64,000 nt of DNA from NCBI RefSeq assembly GCF_036321535.1, contig NC_087462.1:23932001-23996000 (forward strand), in the 5' to 3' direction. The notes under the pieces are model-generated. The model did not search any database, was not told the DNA's origin, and was given only the letters and a program-made list of their open reading frames with translations. How positions within the stretch are numbered: position 1 is the stretch's first letter; each line of letters opens with the position of its first letter. The translations under genes and the position numbers were made by a program. This DNA comes from Camelus dromedarius (taxonomy: Eukaryota). Positions 24,210-35,365 of the stretch are shown here, in pieces.

Positions 24210-24236
24210 CTTGGGACCCTGAATTCCCTGAAGGCC
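24210..24236 (-). CDS. COL23A1: COL23A1 exon 22 (27 nt): GLQGIQGPK
   Basis: CCCAG|...|GTAAGT. Confidence 0.96.
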
Positions 24237-24480
24237 CTGGGGGAGGAGGAGAAAGCAGATCAGAAAGGCCATCAAGCTGGGTCCAGACCTCTGGACCACA
24301 AAGGCTTGCAGGCCATTCACTGGCCCCTGTGACCCCGCCCTCTGCCGCCTCCCAAGCCCAGACCTGGGGTCTGCCCTCCCGGCCTGATGCGCCCCCTCCC
24401 CCACTGGGGTACCCTGTCCTCCCTGGGCCTGGGCCCACACCCTCTCCACATCCCAGCTGCTTCAAGCCAGATGTTCTTAC

Positions 24481-24537
24481 CATGGGGCCTGGGGGACCAG
24501 GCGGGCCTGGGGGCCCTGGCTCCACTATGATTTGGGC
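24481..24537 (-). CDS. COL23A1: COL23A1 exon 21 (57 nt): [19 protein letters not shown]
   Basis: TCTAG|...|GTAAGA; end of the non-collagenous linker and start of the last collagenous domain. Confidence 0.96.
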
Positions 24538-24846
24538 CTAGAAAGGGTCAGAGGTGGATTATCGCCCCATTACCCCTCACCTGCCCACACTTGAGTTCGC
24601 CACCCTTTGGAGGAGCACGCCCCCGGGGCTGAGCCACCCAACTGAGGCTCCCCCCTGCCCGGCGGCAGGCGCTGCCTGGGGAGGGACCCAGTGCCGGCCT
24701 TTGGGTTCAAAGACAGGCCCCAGGCTCCCCTCCCCCTCCCTCACCGCCCTGGGCATGGGCAGGCCAGATGGCCCTTGTTGTCCCAAAGCTTGGGGCCCCA
24801 GCGGCTGGGGCTGGGTGTTGCGCAGAGACCCTCAGCAGCCCCTTAC

Positions 24847-24909
24847 CAGGCTCTCCTGTAGGCTGTCAGATGCCGGCTCTCCCTTCTCCCCCTTGGGGCC
24901 GTCGGTGCC
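24847..24909 (-). CDS. COL23A1: COL23A1 exon 20 (63 nt): GTDGPKGEKGEPASDSLQESL
   Basis: TGCAG|...|GTAAGG. Confidence 0.95.
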
Positions 24910-25699
24910 CTGCAGGACAGGGCAGCCTTGAACCCTTTCTGTCCATCACCAAAATCACCGCCCGTTCAGCACCTCCCCTTCCTTCCCCCATAAGGCTTCT
25001 GGGCAATAAGCCCGGAAGGCTGTTGGCTTTTGCAGCTGAGAACAGTTTTTCCTAAATCAGGGGGAAACGTGCTCAGAGAGCACGTTAACAGCAGTATAAA
25101 CTGTTTCTCGTGGGGCAGCGGGGCAGCCAGGGGCTCTGGAAGCAAAGACCCGGGGTTCAAACTCTGGCCCCAGCTCTCTGGCTGAGCGAGCCTTGTGGAT
25201 GGACAACGGGTGTCTAGCGGTGGCCGCCCGACAGTGGTGACAGCGGGTATTTACCAGGTGCCAGTCAGCCACTCTCTGCCCCGCTCCTGTGTTCCCTGGT
25301 GGGTGTGGGAGATTATCACCTCCATTTTAGAGCTGAGGAAACTGAGGCCCAGGGAGGTTAGGGCACTTGAGCAGGGTTCCAGAGTCCGTAAGAGACGGAG
25401 CAGGATGCAAACCTGGGTGGTCAGAGCTCCTGGTCTAGCCACCGCCCGGCCTACTGCTCCCACCGGGCGGGGCCTCCTTATTTCACCTTTAAGTAGGCCT
25501 CGGCAGGGTGGGGTGGGGTGGGTAGGACCTTCTGTGGAGTCAGGGCAGCCCAGAGCGTCTCTTCAAAGGCCCAATGGGCCGGGGTGGGCTGAGACCAGGA
25601 CAGCGGGGCCCCAGCCCCTGGCAGGTGCCATGGTGGGCATGCATCCACCTCGGGCCCCCCACACGGAGCAAGCATGGTGGGACCCACACAGCCACGTAC

Positions 25700-25789
25700 T
25701 GGGAGGCCTGACAGGCCCATCTCGCCTGCTTCCCCTTTAGGTCCGGCTGGCCCAGCCTCTCCTGGGTCTCCTTTCTGTCCTTTGGGACC
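25700..25789 (-). CDS. COL23A1: COL23A1 exon 19 (90 nt): GPKGQKGDPGEAGPAGPKGEAGEMGLSGLP
   Basis: TTTAG|...|GTACGT; ten perfect Gly-X-Y triplets. Confidence 0.96.
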
Positions 25790-26561
25790 CTAAAAGCCAC
25801 AGAATAAGGTGTCAAAAGGCATTTCCCCCCTACTCACACTGGCAGGTCCCCAGAGCTTAGTCCGGGCCAAGCCAGACCCCTGCTTCCTCCTCGGGGGTCC
25901 TCTCCTCTTGCCCAGGTGGCAAATGAGCTGAGGGGCCTGGACGGGGACAGGGAAGGGGCACCCCCCAACCTGGCCTGCCTCACTGCAAGCAGGGGTGCAG
26001 GCTGGGGCAGTGGGGGTGGAGCGTGGGACTGGGCAGCCACTGAGAGGGCACATATGGGGTTCGAGGCCAACCCCGTGCTCACATCTCAGGAGCCAAAAGC
26101 GGGAGCCCCCAACCCCACATACAACCAGCCATGCCCCAGTCACCCAGCCCCTGCACTCCCCCATTCAGCCAACTGCGTAACATCGCGGCGTGCACACACC
26201 AGGGACCCAGCCCTCAAGACACACTCATGAGTGTCAAATGACACCCGCGGATGCTGTCGTGTCTACGTGGGATCCCACAAACACGTGTGTGCTCACAGGC
26301 ACACTGATAACGGCCGTGACACTACTAGCTGGCATTTGAAGGCTCTTTGCTATCGCACGCCGGGCACTGCTCTGATGTGTTTTCCATACAGTTATTTTAC
26401 CCTCACGGCAGCCCTGTCAACCATCTTCACTGCGGGTGAGGCACCGAGGCTGCCAGAAGCAAGCAGCTTGCCTGAGGCCCACGGGCAGCACCAGGGTTTG
26501 CACAGAGGCTCGAGTCCACTCCGTTCTGTGGCCTTTCTCTGACTTAGCGCAGGTGCGTGCG

Positions 26562-26583
26562 CACACACACACACACACACACA
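26562..26583. repeat. (CA)11 microsatellite
   Basis: Read directly; ~50 nt downstream of the exon 18 donor. Confidence 0.95.
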
Positions 26584-26631
26584 GTCTGACGCCAAGCACT
26601 AGCATCACCAAGGAAATGAAAGGCCAGAGAC

Positions 26632-26676
26632 CTTCTCTCCATCGATTCCGGGAGCCCCGGGCAGTCCAAGTTCGCC
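26632..26676 (-). CDS. COL23A1: COL23A1 exon 18 (45 nt): GELGLPGAPGIDGEK
   Basis: TCCAG| acceptor; weak donor AAG|GTCTCT; peptide identical to recalled human. Confidence 0.93.
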
Positions 26677-27325
26677 CTGGAAGGGAACAGACAGCAAGAG
26701 GGTTCACAGGGTCCCACAGCCCCCAGCAGGGATCTGTGGCTGAGCTGCCTCCCCTGACCAGCACCCTGGCCCTGGGTCGGGTCCCTGCGGTTGGACCTTC
26801 AGGGAGGTGCCCACTGGGTGCCCAGCACAGTGCCAGGCACTGGCCACCCTCTCTCCCCCGTTTCCTCAGCCCCTACGAGCAGCCCGTGGCTATAAAAGGC
26901 TGGCAGGTTATAGATTTAGAAGCTGAGACTCGGAGACTTAAGTCACTGCTCCAGGCCACACAGCCTAGGGACGATGGCCTGGACCAGACCCTCCCTGATT
27001 TCAAAGTCTGCAGCTCCCTTTCCTGAGCCAAGCGGGCAGGTGTAAGAGATGCGCACAGGCCGGAGGAACAGCTATGTAACCTACGGGACTTTGTGACATC
27101 ATGAGGGGCTGTTTATGGATGACTCATGTGAACGAGGTTTCCCAGGGAGAAGCTAGGGCCAGGAAGAAGGCACCAGCTTGGTCAGGAAGGAGCAGGCCAT
27201 GTTCTCTGAGCCCTGGGAGGGCAGGCTGGGGCGCTGGGAGAGAAGACGGGCAGCGTGGCAGGGAGGAGGGGGGCGGGCCCTGGGGACAGGGGCCTGGGGC
27301 GCCACACAGCTGCTCCTGCACTGAC

Positions 27326-27379
27326 CTTGGCTCCAGGCAGCCCTGGCAGCCCTGGTGGCCCCGGTGGCCCAGGAGGACC
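27326..27379 (-). CDS. COL23A1: COL23A1 exon 17 (54 nt): [18 protein letters not shown]
   Basis: Branch point ACTAAC upstream; CACAG|...|GTCAGT. Confidence 0.95.
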
Positions 27380-28690
27380 CTGTGTGTGAAAGTCAAGAGG
27401 TTAGTGTTTAGGCGGGGCCTCCCCATGACTGCCCGTCTACCCCTCCATCCCGAGGCCACGTCCCAGCCCAGCTGGGCTGCAGCAGTGGCCCTTACGGCCC
27501 TCTTCCCACCCAGTCAGGTCAGGCCTGTGTGTCGGGGGAGGCCAGGCAGGCAGCACCAGGCATCAGGTAAGATACCAGGGTCTACTGCCCCGGGGGCGCC
27601 CAGAACCCCTCTGCCCCAGAGCCATTCCCCACCCCCATATAGATTTCTTCACAACACTCTCCTGCTCAAGATCCTGGGATGGCTCCCCATTGCCTCTAGA
27701 ATCAGGCCTAAATCCTCTGCTGGCATTCAAGGCCACCCAAAAATTGAATCCCCAACAGTGACCTCTCCCATGAACTCTGCCCGCCACCTGCTGGCCCTGG
27801 GGCATCCCTTGGCCTCACAGGTAGGGGATCACTTGCCAAGTATCTTCACTCCCCAGCTCCCATCTCGACCTTGGCTTCCCGCAGGACCCCCTGCCCACCA
27901 TGGCTTGTCATCACCCCCGACACTCACTCCCCCTCACAAAGGCTGTAGCCACCTAGCTCCCAGCCCAGCAAGCTCCAGGCCCCTTCCCTCTGCTTTCCCG
28001 CACCAACCTTCCCCTTCTTGTTGGTGCCTCCACTGAGATGTCCCTCATCTTCCAACCTTCCTCCATTCCACCCGTGCTCCTCCATGCCGAGGCGCAGCAC
28101 CTGCCTCCCCGGGGACCTCCCTGCCGTCAGCCGTTCCCACCTTCCACACCACTTCCCAGCTAGCCTCCCACTTGTGTTTTTCAATTTCATCCCTCTATGT
28201 CTGCCTGTGGCCTGTCAAATCCAGCCATCATCCCTGTCTGGCATCTGAAATCCACTTCCCGCCTCTCTGTACTCATGGAGCTTCTCCAGGCAGCTCCCAG
28301 CCGGTCTGGGACAACCAGGCCCATACACACCCTTGGGCCGCGTCACATCACACCACACCACACCATGCAGGTCTAGGCAGGCGCAGTTCCACCAGCCTGT
28401 GTTCCCCAGGAGGCCCTGCCTCCTGTCCCCGAGGGGCGAGCTTCCCTTTTTGCCTTGGCCTCTGGGGAGCTCAGGGCCCCGTCAGCTGCCTTCACAGCAG
28501 CTTCTCAGCATAGTGTGCGTCTCCACACAGCACTGATTTCCTTATCAGGCACCTGGTGAAGTTGGGGTCCTTGAGTTAAGCTGCCCCTGGTCCCTTGTGT
28601 AGAGAAGTGAAGTATTTTTACACCAAGTAAGTGGCTATTCCCCCAGGAAATGAACAGCAAGGGCCTATCAGGGCCCACCGGGAAGGCTAC

Positions 28691-28768
28691 CTTAAGGGCA
28701 TCCAAGATCCTGCCATCGTAGTCAATCACCACCGTGTCTCCTTGCTCGCCCTTGAGGCCTGGGGGACC
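28691..28768 (-). CDS. COL23A1: COL23A1 exon 16 (78 nt): GPPGLKGEQGDTVVIDYDGRILDALK
   Basis: CTCAG|...|GTAGCC; diagnostic non-collagenous linker IDYDGRILDALK. Confidence 0.97.
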
Positions 28769-30164
28769 CTGAGGTGGGAAGGGAGGGAGAATGTCAGGGA
28801 GGAGCTTGGTAGGCGCCTCACCCAGAGGACCTAGTGACCCAGCTGCGCACAGGCCTGTGAGCCGTGGGCCAGCTCTCACCCGGCTCCTGGCTGGACCCCA
28901 GCCCCTCGTCTCCTCCTGTTCCCTCGGGCATTGGCATGCTGGCTCACTGACTAAGCACTCCAGGGCCAGGCCGGGGGTGACACGAGGGAAGGGGGAGGCC
29001 TGGGGCCAACTGAGGAACAGCCCCAGCCGGGTCTGGGGGTGGCTGTAATTTACCTTCATGTGGGAACTGAAGCCCACTGAGGCCCATCTCTGAGTCCTCA
29101 AGGGAAAATGGAGAGCCTGATTTTGATGTGAAATTCTGCAGATTTTTAAACGAACAAAGCACCCAATCCCCCCCAAACACTGTAGTAATTAAAGCCTGGC
29201 CAGCTGGCTCTTGCCCTTACACCACAGTTTCCTGACTTCAGGTAAAGGCTGCAGACACCAGGCACTGATGCTCCCATTCACTCCTGGTTCTGAGCGCACA
29301 TCCAGCCACGCACGTGTCCACACGTATGTGTCTGCTCGTGTGTGTGTCCACACGCGTACCCGTCCTCATGGGCACGCGCGCCACCACGGGCCCCGCCCTT
29401 TCCCTTTGAACCTCCCCTCCCCACCCAGCTCTTCTCCACTGGGAGAGTAGCTGGGGCTGGGAGCATTTTGGTCCGGCCTGAGGCCAGCCCCGTGCACAGG
29501 ACAGAGAGACCCAGGCCAGGGCCTCACTTGCCAGCTGCCTCCACGGTCATGGCCTTCCTGGAACTGTATGTGTACACTGAATTCCCACACTCGATGCTTA
29601 ATCCAGTCCCGGGCTACCTGCATGACCAGGCTGCAGGCTTAGTTCTGTATTTTGGAGGAGGAGGAAGGCAGCTTCTGGGAGTGTGAGGGGATGTGACTGC
29701 TGGAGGTCACAGAGCCAAGAACGAGGACGGGGATGTGGTCCTAAAGGTGTGTTGACAGGGGCTCATCACAGAAGATCTGGGACCAGCTGTGGTGGCTGTG
29801 CCCAGCAACAGGGCTGAACTGTGATGGGGGCTGCGGGGAGGGTCCCACGGCGGTAGGGTAACGCCATGTGTGACAGATCAGGGTCTATTAAAGGTCTGAA
29901 TATGCCCAGAATGAGTCTAGGAAGACAGACGCTCGCCTGGGGAGGAGAGGGGGAGGGGAGAGAATGGGGCCCTTATTTTCACATCCAAAGTTGAACATTT
30001 TCCCAAAAGCATGTATTATGAAATTAAAAGCAAAAAAATCACCAGTGAATTCTTACTAAAAAAAAAAAAAAAGACTCTCAGTTCTGGGGTCTCTGGGGGA
30101 CAGGGGCTTCAGAAGGAACCAGTCCCCCAGACTCCAGGGTTGTGGCCGGAGGAGAGCTGCTTAC

Positions 30165-30209
30165 CCGTGGCCCTGTGGCTCCGTCGGCTCCCGGGTGGCC
30201 GGGCTCCCC
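30165..30209 (-). CDS. COL23A1: COL23A1 exon 15 (45 nt): GEPGHPGADGATGPR
   Basis: CGCAG|...|GTAAGC. Confidence 0.95.
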
Positions 30210-30629
30210 CTGCGGAGACACAAGGCTGCAGCCAGGTGTGCACAGCTGAAGCCAGAGGTTCCCCCGCCCCCTCCAGTCCCCTCTTCCAAAGGGTGCAGGG
30301 CTGATTGCACATGACTGGCACCCCAGGGATGGGGCTCCCTGAGGTGGGCCTGCGAGACTTCCCTCTGACCCCATGTTGCATAGAGATGGGCCACTGAGCC
30401 GAGCGCCCAAGGCTACTTAGCCACACAGCAGGCCTGGCGGGAGGCCCTGTCACTCACCCAGACCCACTGCCTCCCGCCCCCTGTGCCAGTGTCTGACCGC
30501 CGGTCAGACAAGTCCCCTGGCCCTGGGCTCTCCCGGACTCCCAGCCCGAAAGAGCGAATTAGAGGCGGAGCCGCATCTCCACCTCACGAGGGCGGCTTCG
30601 GGAGCCAAAGCGGCAAACTGAGACGTCAC

Positions 30630-30692
30630 CTTGGGTCCTGGGGCGCCATCCGGGCCATTCTCTCCCCGAGGCCCCGCGCTCCCCGCTTCACC
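30630..30692 (-). CDS. COL23A1: COL23A1 exon 14 (63 nt): GEAGSAGPRGENGPDGAPGPK
   Basis: TGCAG|...|GTGACG. Confidence 0.95.
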
Positions 30693-31177
30693 CTGCAACA
30701 GAGGTGTGTGCGCCGTGAGTGAGCGCTGAGGGAGGCTGGGGGTCTGCGGGCTTCCAGAGTGTTCTGAGAGTGTGCCTGCGCCCACCCAGGGGACCGTCTG
30801 CTCTGGTCTTGGGGCATAGCTGGAGCAGCTCAGGGGCTCAGCTGGTTTGGAGGCAGGCTGGCCAGGATTTGGTGGGGTCTTGAGAGGCTGGGGGAGCAAG
30901 GATGACACCCAGTCCCTGGCCTGGGGACAGGGCAGAGTGGGGCCACCTAAGACGGGAACCAGAAGACTTGAGGGTGTGAGGGAGGGTAACGGCCTGGATG
31001 ACTTGCCAGGCTGATGGTGAGTGGGATCCTGGCCTTCCTGCTGCCTCTCTCTGGTCTGCCCTGGTCATCAGCCTCTGTGCCCATCATGTGAAAGGGCCGG
31101 GTAGGGGCTTTACTAGGCAGACAGGAACCCGGGAGGTGGGAGGCAGGGGGACCACCGGGGGAGGGGCATGTACCTAC

Positions 31178-31231
31178 CTTGGGCCCTGGGGGTCCAGGGA
31201 CCCCTGGCTGGCCTGGTGCCCCATCATGCCC
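31178..31231 (-). CDS. COL23A1: COL23A1 exon 13 (54 nt): GHDGAPGQPGVPGPPGPK
   Basis: CTCAG|...|GTAGGT; six perfect triplets. Confidence 0.95.
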
Positions 31232-31869
31232 CTGAGGAGAGAACAGCAGAGGCTGAGCCCTTGGGCCTGGACACACTGGCTGGGCCTCTGGCAGCCAGTT
31301 GGCTACCCGCCCCCCCAAACTCCCCAGCATACCAGCCCACCCTTGGTGGCAGTACTGGTCACACTGGGTCGGGACAGTGACACCCTCCCCTCCTCATCCC
31401 TTTAGGGCAGGGATGGGGTCAGACCTGCCTCTGTCCCCTGTCCCCACCAGCCCAGAACACGCCTCAGTAGGTGTGCGCAGAAGGAATGGATGGGGGCTCG
31501 TGAAGGAGAGGGAATTCACTTGTTCCATCAACAAACATCTCTGAGCGCCCTCTGCGGGCCAGGCAGAGGGTCAGAGCAGGCCGAGGGCAAAGAAATATCC
31601 AGGTAAATGCATAGCGCCACGTGGGGAAGAGAATAGAAGAGAATGGCAGGGCGGAGAGGGGCTCAGGGAGAGTGTGCTCCAGCAGGTGGCTGGGGACAGT
31701 CCTCTGGAGGAGGGGATAGTTTTGCTGAGGCCATCAGGAGGAGGAGGAGGCCCGGCCCTGGGCAGCGGTGGGGGACGATCAATCTGGGTCACTGGTTCCC
31801 AGACTTGAATGCAGGTCGGCATCACCCAGGGCGCTGCTGGGACAGAGCCCGGCCCACCCCCAGCGTCTG

Positions 31870-31967
31870 GCTCAGTGCCTCTGGGGCGGGCCCCAAATGC
31901 ACATGTCTAATGAGCCCCCAGTAATGCCGATACTGCTGGTCCAGGGACCGCACTTTGAGAACCACTG
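31870..31967. mobile_element. MER5A (hAT-Charlie) fragment
   Basis: GGGGCGGGCCC..AATGCACATGTCTAA...TGCTGGTCCAGGGACCGCACTTTGAGAACCACTG terminal repeat. Confidence 0.8.
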
Positions 31968-32027
31968 TCCAGGACCCTGATGTGGGAACAAATCTGATGC
32001 ATTTGAGTAACAGAATATATTTTTTAA

Positions 32028-32047
32028 GAGTGAGTGAGTGAGTGAGT
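32028..32047. repeat. (GAGT)5
   Basis: Read directly. Confidence 0.9.
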
Positions 32048-32190
32048 GAATGAGATCCTGACTGCAGAGACAGAGACAGAGCAGCCACGCACGGTGAGGT
32101 CCCGGGCCTGGTCCTGCCGTGCCCAGCCCTGGTCTTTCCCCCCAGCCACTTCCCACATCCCCACCAAGAAGCTCCTCCAAGGTCCCCCAC

Positions 32191-32217
32191 CTTCTTTCCA
32201 GGAACATCGGGCCCACC
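32191..32217 (-). CDS. COL23A1: COL23A1 exon 12 (27 nt): GGPDVPGKK
   Basis: CTCAG|...|GTGGGG; position and the VPGKK motif match human GEPGVPGKK; Asp sits at a Gly position. Confidence 0.88.
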
Positions 32218-32901
32218 CTGAGGGGGAGACCGTGGGGATGCTAGAGAGAGGTCATAGCCACTCAGACACCAGGCACACCCCTCCCAGCCCAGAGACCCCG
32301 AGCCTCGCAGAGAGATGTGAATAGGTGGTGGGGCTGACAGTCCAGGACTCCACTCTGACGTGGTCCCTCCCAAGCTGAGTGACCCTGGGTAAGTTGCTGC
32401 TCCTGAAAGCGGGGCTGGGATGCCCCCAGTGTCGGAGGGGGTGGTTGCGAGATTAGAGAGAAAGTACTGAAGGCCCCTGGCTCCTGGCAGGCGCTCACTA
32501 AAGGGGGTTTCTCTCCCACCCTTCCCTCTTGCTCCGTCCAGGGATCTGGCTCCTTCAGGGAGAACCATGGCCTTTTCTACCCCGGCAGGCGCTGCTCCAG
32601 GAGTGAAGAAAAGAGCTGACATCTGGAGAGGGCTGCAAAAGCTAACGTTGTTTTACTATTCAGTCCTCACAACCTGGTATGAAGGCAAGGCAGGAAAGGC
32701 CTGTCATGCTCCCATTTGATAGATGAGTAAACTGAGGCCCAGAGAGATGAAGTCACTTGCCCAAGGTCATGGAACTTGGAGCTCCATCTCCTAACCCTGT
32801 GGCTTTGGCTTCAAGGAGGGGGTGGGAGAGGGAAAGTGTTGGGGGGAGGGAGCCAGCACCCCCCCCCCCCCAGGCCTGAGACCAGGAGTGAGGACACTTA
32901 C

Positions 32902-32928
32902 CTGGGGCCCTGGGGGTCCACTCGGGCC
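32902..32928 (-). CDS. COL23A1: COL23A1 exon 11 (27 nt): GPSGPPGPQ
   Basis: Long pyrimidine tract, TCCAG|...|GTAAGT. Confidence 0.92.
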
Positions 32929-33352
32929 CTGGAACGAGAAAAGAGAGGGTGTTAAATGTGATTCTGGAGGCTGCTCCTGGGCTGTCTTCCTTATCATCCT
33001 TATCATTGTAAAAGATGACAAGTCCCAGAGAGCAGGCAGGGCTGTTGCTGGAACCCAGCTGGGCCGCCCATTCGTGTGTCTCGGATGGAAATCTGCATTA
33101 GATCTCAAGCAGTAACAGTGGACTGCAGACTCCCTCCCAGGAATGTGGGGCTGTGAGAATTCTGCCGGGGCTGGGGTCCTGGTCCAGCCGTGCCCCACTG
33201 CTGGTGGGGACAAGAGTGCAGGTTTGTGCATGTGGACAGCAGTGTGGACAGCCACACGTACAACCCCAGTGTGGGTGTGTGTGGGAGGGGGCTTCCAGGC
33301 CAGCAGCTACAGTCCTGCCAGCCCAGGCCTCTGAAATGCCCTGGATACTGAC

Positions 33353-33388
33353 CGTCTCGCCGTCTTGTCCAGCTTCTCCTTTGGGACC
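33353..33388 (-). CDS. COL23A1: COL23A1 exon 10 (36 nt): GPKGEAGQDGET
   Basis: CTCAG|...|GTCAGT. Confidence 0.95.
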
Positions 33389-33930
33389 CTGAGGGGGCAT
33401 GAGAAGAAAGCAATGAGGGGAGGCGGGGACTGCACGGCTGACTGAGCCCGCATCTCCTGCCAGACCCTGGGATGGGGCTGCAAGTACATTCCCTCATTCC
33501 AGCCTCACCAAACCTCTGAGAAGGGGGTTTCATTGTTCCCACTTCACAGATGAGAACGTTGAGGCTCAGGGAGTTAGTGCCCAATGTGACAAGGAATGGG
33601 TGAGCCAATTGGGGGGCTGCCCTGACAGCGGACCCCGGTGGTAGTCTGGTGGAGGTGCCAGCTCTGCACTGGGGGGGAAGGACAGCTTGCCGTCCCTGTA
33701 ACCCACATCAGGATTACAGAAAGGGGTAGTTCAATGAGGTCTGGCCTCCAGAGTTTGGATTAGGACCAGGGGAGGACAATTGAAGCTTAGTTATCACTGG
33801 GGAGAAAGAGAAGGGGAAAGAAAAAAAGAGAAAAAGAGACACAGAGAGAAACAGACACGAGGGAGAGAGAGGGAGGGATCGGGGGAAAGAGGTTGGTAGA
33901 GATTTGCAGAGAAATTAGCCACATACAGTC

Positions 33931-34148
33931 TCAGGGTCAGGACTGGGACTGAGAGTACAACCAAGGTCGGGGTTCGGGTCTATGAATCCACCTGGGGTTA
34001 CAGTGCAAGGTCTAAATTGGGTTAGGGGTCTGGTTAGTGTCAGATTTAAGGTTTGATTGGAGTTAGAGTCTGGGTTGGGGCTGGGTCTGGACTAGGGATA
34101 GGGCTGGGGTTGGGGCTAGCTCCGGGATCAGGGTTTGGGGTTTTGGTG
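33931..34148. repeat. Degenerate telomere-like hexamer array (NNRGGG)
   Basis: Period-6 units TCAGGG, TTAGGG, CTAGGG, ATAGGG, TTGGGG, CTGGGG. Confidence 0.75.
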
Positions 34149-34179
34149 GCTTCAGAACCAGGTCCATGCCCTCTCTTAC

Positions 34180-34296
34180 CATGGGGCCTGGTGCTCCCCT
34201 GGGGCCGTCTTTCCCGGTGTCTCCAGGAGGGCCCCGGGCCCCAGGGGGTCCAGGAGGCCCTGGGGGCCCAGCGGCTCCTTCCTGCCCTTGGTCTCC
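34180..34296 (-). CDS. COL23A1: COL23A1 exon 9 (117 nt): [39 protein letters not shown]
   Basis: TTCAG|...|GTAAGA; 13 perfect triplets. Confidence 0.97.
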
Positions 34297-34689
34297 CTGA
34301 AAGAGGCGGGGCCCAGCGTGACCCTGCGGGTGAGGGGAAGGGGGCCTGGCCTCCAGAGGGAGGCCTCCTCAGATGCACGGCCACATGCCTTCCCCTTCCC
34401 CGCCCTCAGCAGGCTCCCAGGAGAGGGCTTTGTCGTTCGTTGGGCCTCTTGTCACTTCTTGGTGGTCACATGAACGGACAAGTCCCTATACGTCAGCAAG
34501 AGAGGCCAACAGGGCCTTGAACTGTCCATGGCAGGTGCCACCTCTCCAGCTCCAGTGCCCGAAGCCCAGCTATGGTGTCGAGGTGGGAGATGGGGCACAC
34601 TGGCAGTGAACAAGGCACCAGTGCCCACCCAGGCCCCTTCCTGCTGGGACAGGGACTGCGCACCTCCTGAAAGACCTTCCTGGTTGGCC

Positions 34690-35365
34690 AGCTCCTGTTT
34701 TACTAAGTGGTGGAGGTGCACTCTCGGGCATTCGTTCCCGAGGAGAAACGGGTTCACACAAAAACCCATGCATGGATGTCCACAGCGGCTTTATTCATAA
34801 TAGCCCCCCAAACTGGAAACAATTCAAGTGTCCTTCAGTGGTGAATGGTCAACCAGCTGGGCTACATCCATATCACGGAACACAGCTCAGCCAGAAATAA
34901 AAGGAAAAAAGCGTTGACACATGCAGCAACCTGGATGCATCTCGAGACAATTATGCTGAGGGAAGAAAGCGGGTCTCAAAAGGTTCCATACCGGATGACT
35001 GCATCTACACAAGAGTCCTAGAGTGCGAATTTCGTAGCGATGGAGCACAGCTTAGCGGTGGCCAGGGGTCACGGAGCGGGGCAGGGATGGAGGGGACTGT
35101 AGCTATAAAAGGGCAGCAGGAGGGGTCTGCGTGTGGTGGTGGCAAGAATCTCGAGGTGTAAAATTGCATGGAACTAAGTAGACACGCAAATGGGTGAAAT
35201 AGGTGAAACTGGAAGCAGGCTGTTGGATCACATCAATGTCAGTTTCCTGGACGTGAGATTGCACTACCGAGCTGCAAGATGTTGCCCCGGGGGGAGCCTG
35301 GGTGAAGGGTACATGGAGTGTTATTTATTACAACTGCATGTGAGTCTATGATTATCTCAAAAAAA
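34690..35365 (+). mobile_element. L1MC-type 3' fragment
   Basis: GCTTTATTCATAATAGCCCCCAAACTGGAAACAA..CAAGTGTCC, GCAACCTGGATGCATCTC, CTGGGTGAAGGGTACATGG, ACAACTGCATGTGAGTCTA. Confidence 0.8.

Noticed and set aside
27101-28036. 311-aa plus-strand ORF (likewise 19099-19878, 31822-32622, 54817-55626)
   Set aside because: Pro/Gly/Ser-rich translations of GC-rich intron or L2 remnants; no motif or splice support.
30458-30480. Possible Gly-rich cryptic exon in intron 14 with a strong GTGAGT donor
   Set aside because: 23 nt (frameshifting), no pyrimidine tract, not Gly-X-Y.
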